7,834 nt of DNA from the IMG/VR virus record IMGVR_UViG_2681813313_000002; one strand, given 5' to 3'. Each line of letters begins with the position of its first letter. Position 1 is the stretch's first letter. Below are positions 6,705 to 7,834 of this stretch, piece by piece. Below the pieces are notes generated by a model. The model saw only the letters and a program-made list of their open reading frames with translations. It was not told where the DNA came from and ran no database searches. Both the position numbers and the translations under genes were made by a program. Source of the stretch: a virus (Duplodnaviria > Heunggongvirae > Uroviricota > Caudoviricetes).

Positions 6705-7037
6705 TTACTCCTTCACTTTGACTTCAGCGGCTATGATGGCTTTCATCACTGCAATTACCGTTTTGTCCTTCCCATCCTCATGCCCCATCGCATAAGCGCC
6801 TTCTTCGCCACCTTTCCAAAAGTTGTCATTCGATTCGGGCCAGTCGATATCCAGTTCAATAGCTGCTCGCGATGCCTGCCACGTTTGCCAGTGGCCTTGA
6901 ACATCGTCCATCACGTATTGACCACCAATATTACCGCTGCCAATTTCATGGTGATTTTCAGGGTAACGGATAAGGTCTGAGGATTCGCCTCCACGTCGCA
7001 ACCAACTTTCTTCAAACTGCTTTCTTGATTCGTCCAT
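6705..7037 (-). CDS. Hypothetical acidic phage protein (110 aa, Trp-rich, net negative charge)
   Basis: ORF with GAGGA SD about 11 nt upstream of the ATG. Its stop lies 2 nt before the ninB start, and the stop of the upstream 68-aa ORF is adjacent to its SD, an operon-like arrangement. By my count about 22 Asp/Glu versus 12 Lys/Arg. No family recognised. Confidence 0.55.
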   Translation of the reverse strand: MDESRKQFEESWLRRGGESSDLIRYPENHHEIGSGNIGGQYVMDDVQGHWQTWQASRAAIELDIDWPESNDNFWKGGEEGAYAMGHEDGKDKTVIAVMKAIIAAEVKVKE

Positions 7038-7054
7038 CGATACTTATCCTCAGT

Positions 7055-7261
7055 TCAACTCACAAAACGCCACGCCATTTTTGCTACAGCGACAGGCGCA
7101 ACACCGATAATCACCCACAGGAGAATGCTACCGAAAAGCACACCCACCAGGTCTTTACCTTCGCCTACCAACCGGACAAAACTTCCGACAACCGCAATGA
7201 ACGTCGACACCATCCACATAGCACCGAGAATCCTCAATGCAGAGAAAATTAACTCAGCCAC
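7055..7261 (-). CDS. Small two-helix membrane protein (68 aa, GTG start)
   Basis: GTG start preceded by GGGGGAGAG about 10 nt upstream. Two hydrophobic segments (LIFSALRILGAMWMVSTFIAVVGSFV and LVGVLFGSILLWVIIGVAPVAVA). Other genes are on the same strand; the overlapping plus-strand ORFs 7025..7252 and 7125..7316 are low-complexity and unsupported. Confidence 0.45.
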   Translation of the reverse strand: MAELIFSALRILGAMWMVSTFIAVVGSFVRLVGEGKDLVGVLFGSILLWVIIGVAPVAVAKMAWRFVS

Positions 7262-7275
7262 GATTTACTCTCCCC

Positions 7276-7308
7276 CAAATAAAAAGGCCTGCGATTACCA
7301 GCAGGCCT
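7276..7308 (-). terminator. Rho-independent terminator (tR2-like position in the early-right operon)
   Basis: Minus strand: AGGCCTGC-tggtaatc-GCAGGCCT, an 8-bp stem, followed by TTTTTATTT. Lies between the 96-aa gene stop (7334) and the 68-aa gene start. Confidence 0.7.
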
Positions 7309-7333
7309 GTTATTAGCTCAGTGATGTAGATGG

Positions 7334-7624
7334 TCATCTTTTAACTCCATATACCGCCAATACCCGTTTCATCGCGGCACTCTGGCAACACTCCTTAAAA
7401 ATCAGGTTCGTGCTCATCTTTCCTTCCCGTTCTTCCTTGGTAGCAAACCGGTAATACACCGTTCGCCAGACCTTACCTTCGATAACCAGAAGACCTGCCC
7501 GTGCCATTTTAGCCGCGGCCTGATTTATGCTGGTTACTGTTGCGCCTGTTAACGCGGCAACGTCCGGCGCACAGAAGCTATTATGCGTCCCCAGGTAATG
7601 AATAATTGCCTCTTTGCCCGTCAT
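7334..7624 (-). CDS. Hypothetical phage protein (96 aa), possible winged-helix DNA-binding fold
   Basis: ORF coupled by ATGA overlap to the upstream ORF. The segment PDVAALTGATVTSINQAAAKMARAGLLVIEGKVWRTVYY looks like a helix-turn-helix/winged-helix recognition unit. No confident family assignment. Confidence 0.5.
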   Translation of the reverse strand: MTGKEAIIHYLGTHNSFCAPDVAALTGATVTSINQAAAKMARAGLLVIEGKVWRTVYYRFATKEEREGKMSTNLIFKECCQSAAMKRVLAVYGVKR

Positions 7625-7834
7625 ACACTTGCTCCTTTCAGTCCGAACTTAGCTTTGATTTCTGCGATCTTCGCCAGAGCCTGTGCACGATTTAGAGGTC
7701 TACCGCCCATGACAGGAAGTTGTTTTACTGGTTGAACCGCCCCGGGTTTCCTGGAGAGTGTTTTATCTGTGAACTCAGGCTGCCAGATCATCGTTTCCGA
7801 TGGAAGCATAATAAGCTTTTTCTGCTTCTGCCGG
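7621..7834 (-). CDS. C-terminal part of a phage early protein (5' end beyond the right window edge); identity unknown
   Basis: The minus-strand frame stays open from the window edge (…RQKQKKLIMLPSETMIWQPEF…) to the stop at 7621..7623, so the ATG at 7809 given in the ORF track is probably internal. Confidence 0.4.
   Translation of the reverse strand, partial: RQKQKKLIMLPSETMIWQPEFTDKTLSRKPGAVQPVKQLPVMGGRPLNRAQALAKIAEIKAKFGLKGASV

Noticed and set aside
5860-6980. Plus-strand ORFs 5860..6135, 6523..6795 and 6690..6980
   Set aside because: Antisense to the 355-aa gene, ninB and the 110-aa gene; no independent support.
7025-7316. Plus-strand ORFs 7025..7252 and 7125..7316 overlapping the 68-aa gene
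   Set aside because: Low-complexity, His/Pro/Thr-rich translations with no SD; the minus-strand ORF has an SD and membrane-protein character and fits the operon context.
1-7834. CRISPR arrays, integrase/transposase or IS elements, attachment-site repeats
   Set aside because: No regularly spaced direct repeats, no recombinase-like ORF and no terminal inverted repeats were seen; the window appears to lie entirely inside the prophage.

Overview
The window reads as a slice of a lambdoid (lambda / Stx-phage-like) enterobacterial prophage, with every supported gene on the minus strand. Read right to left in phage order: a 5'-truncated ORF, a 96-aa hypothetical protein, a terminator, a 68-aa two-helix membrane protein, a 110-aa acidic protein, NinB, a 355-aa cargo-like gene with its own promoter/operator and terminators (tentatively P63C-family), a Roi-like Rha/KilAC protein, YbcO-like, RusA, NinH and a lambda-type antiterminator Q. 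Then come a lambda-like late promoter pR' with qut, an AT-rich gene for a polytopic membrane protein of unknown function, a strong terminator, and the start of a NanS-p-type sialate O-acetylesterase that runs off the left edge. The most interesting candidate is the membrane-protein gene, which sits where Shiga-toxin phages carry stx and, unlike stx, has no recognisable terminator between it and pR'. The second is the autonomously controlled 355-aa gene in the nin region. No tRNA, rRNA, CRISPR array, integrase or transposase was seen. All family calls come from reading the translations against remembered sequences; no search was run.
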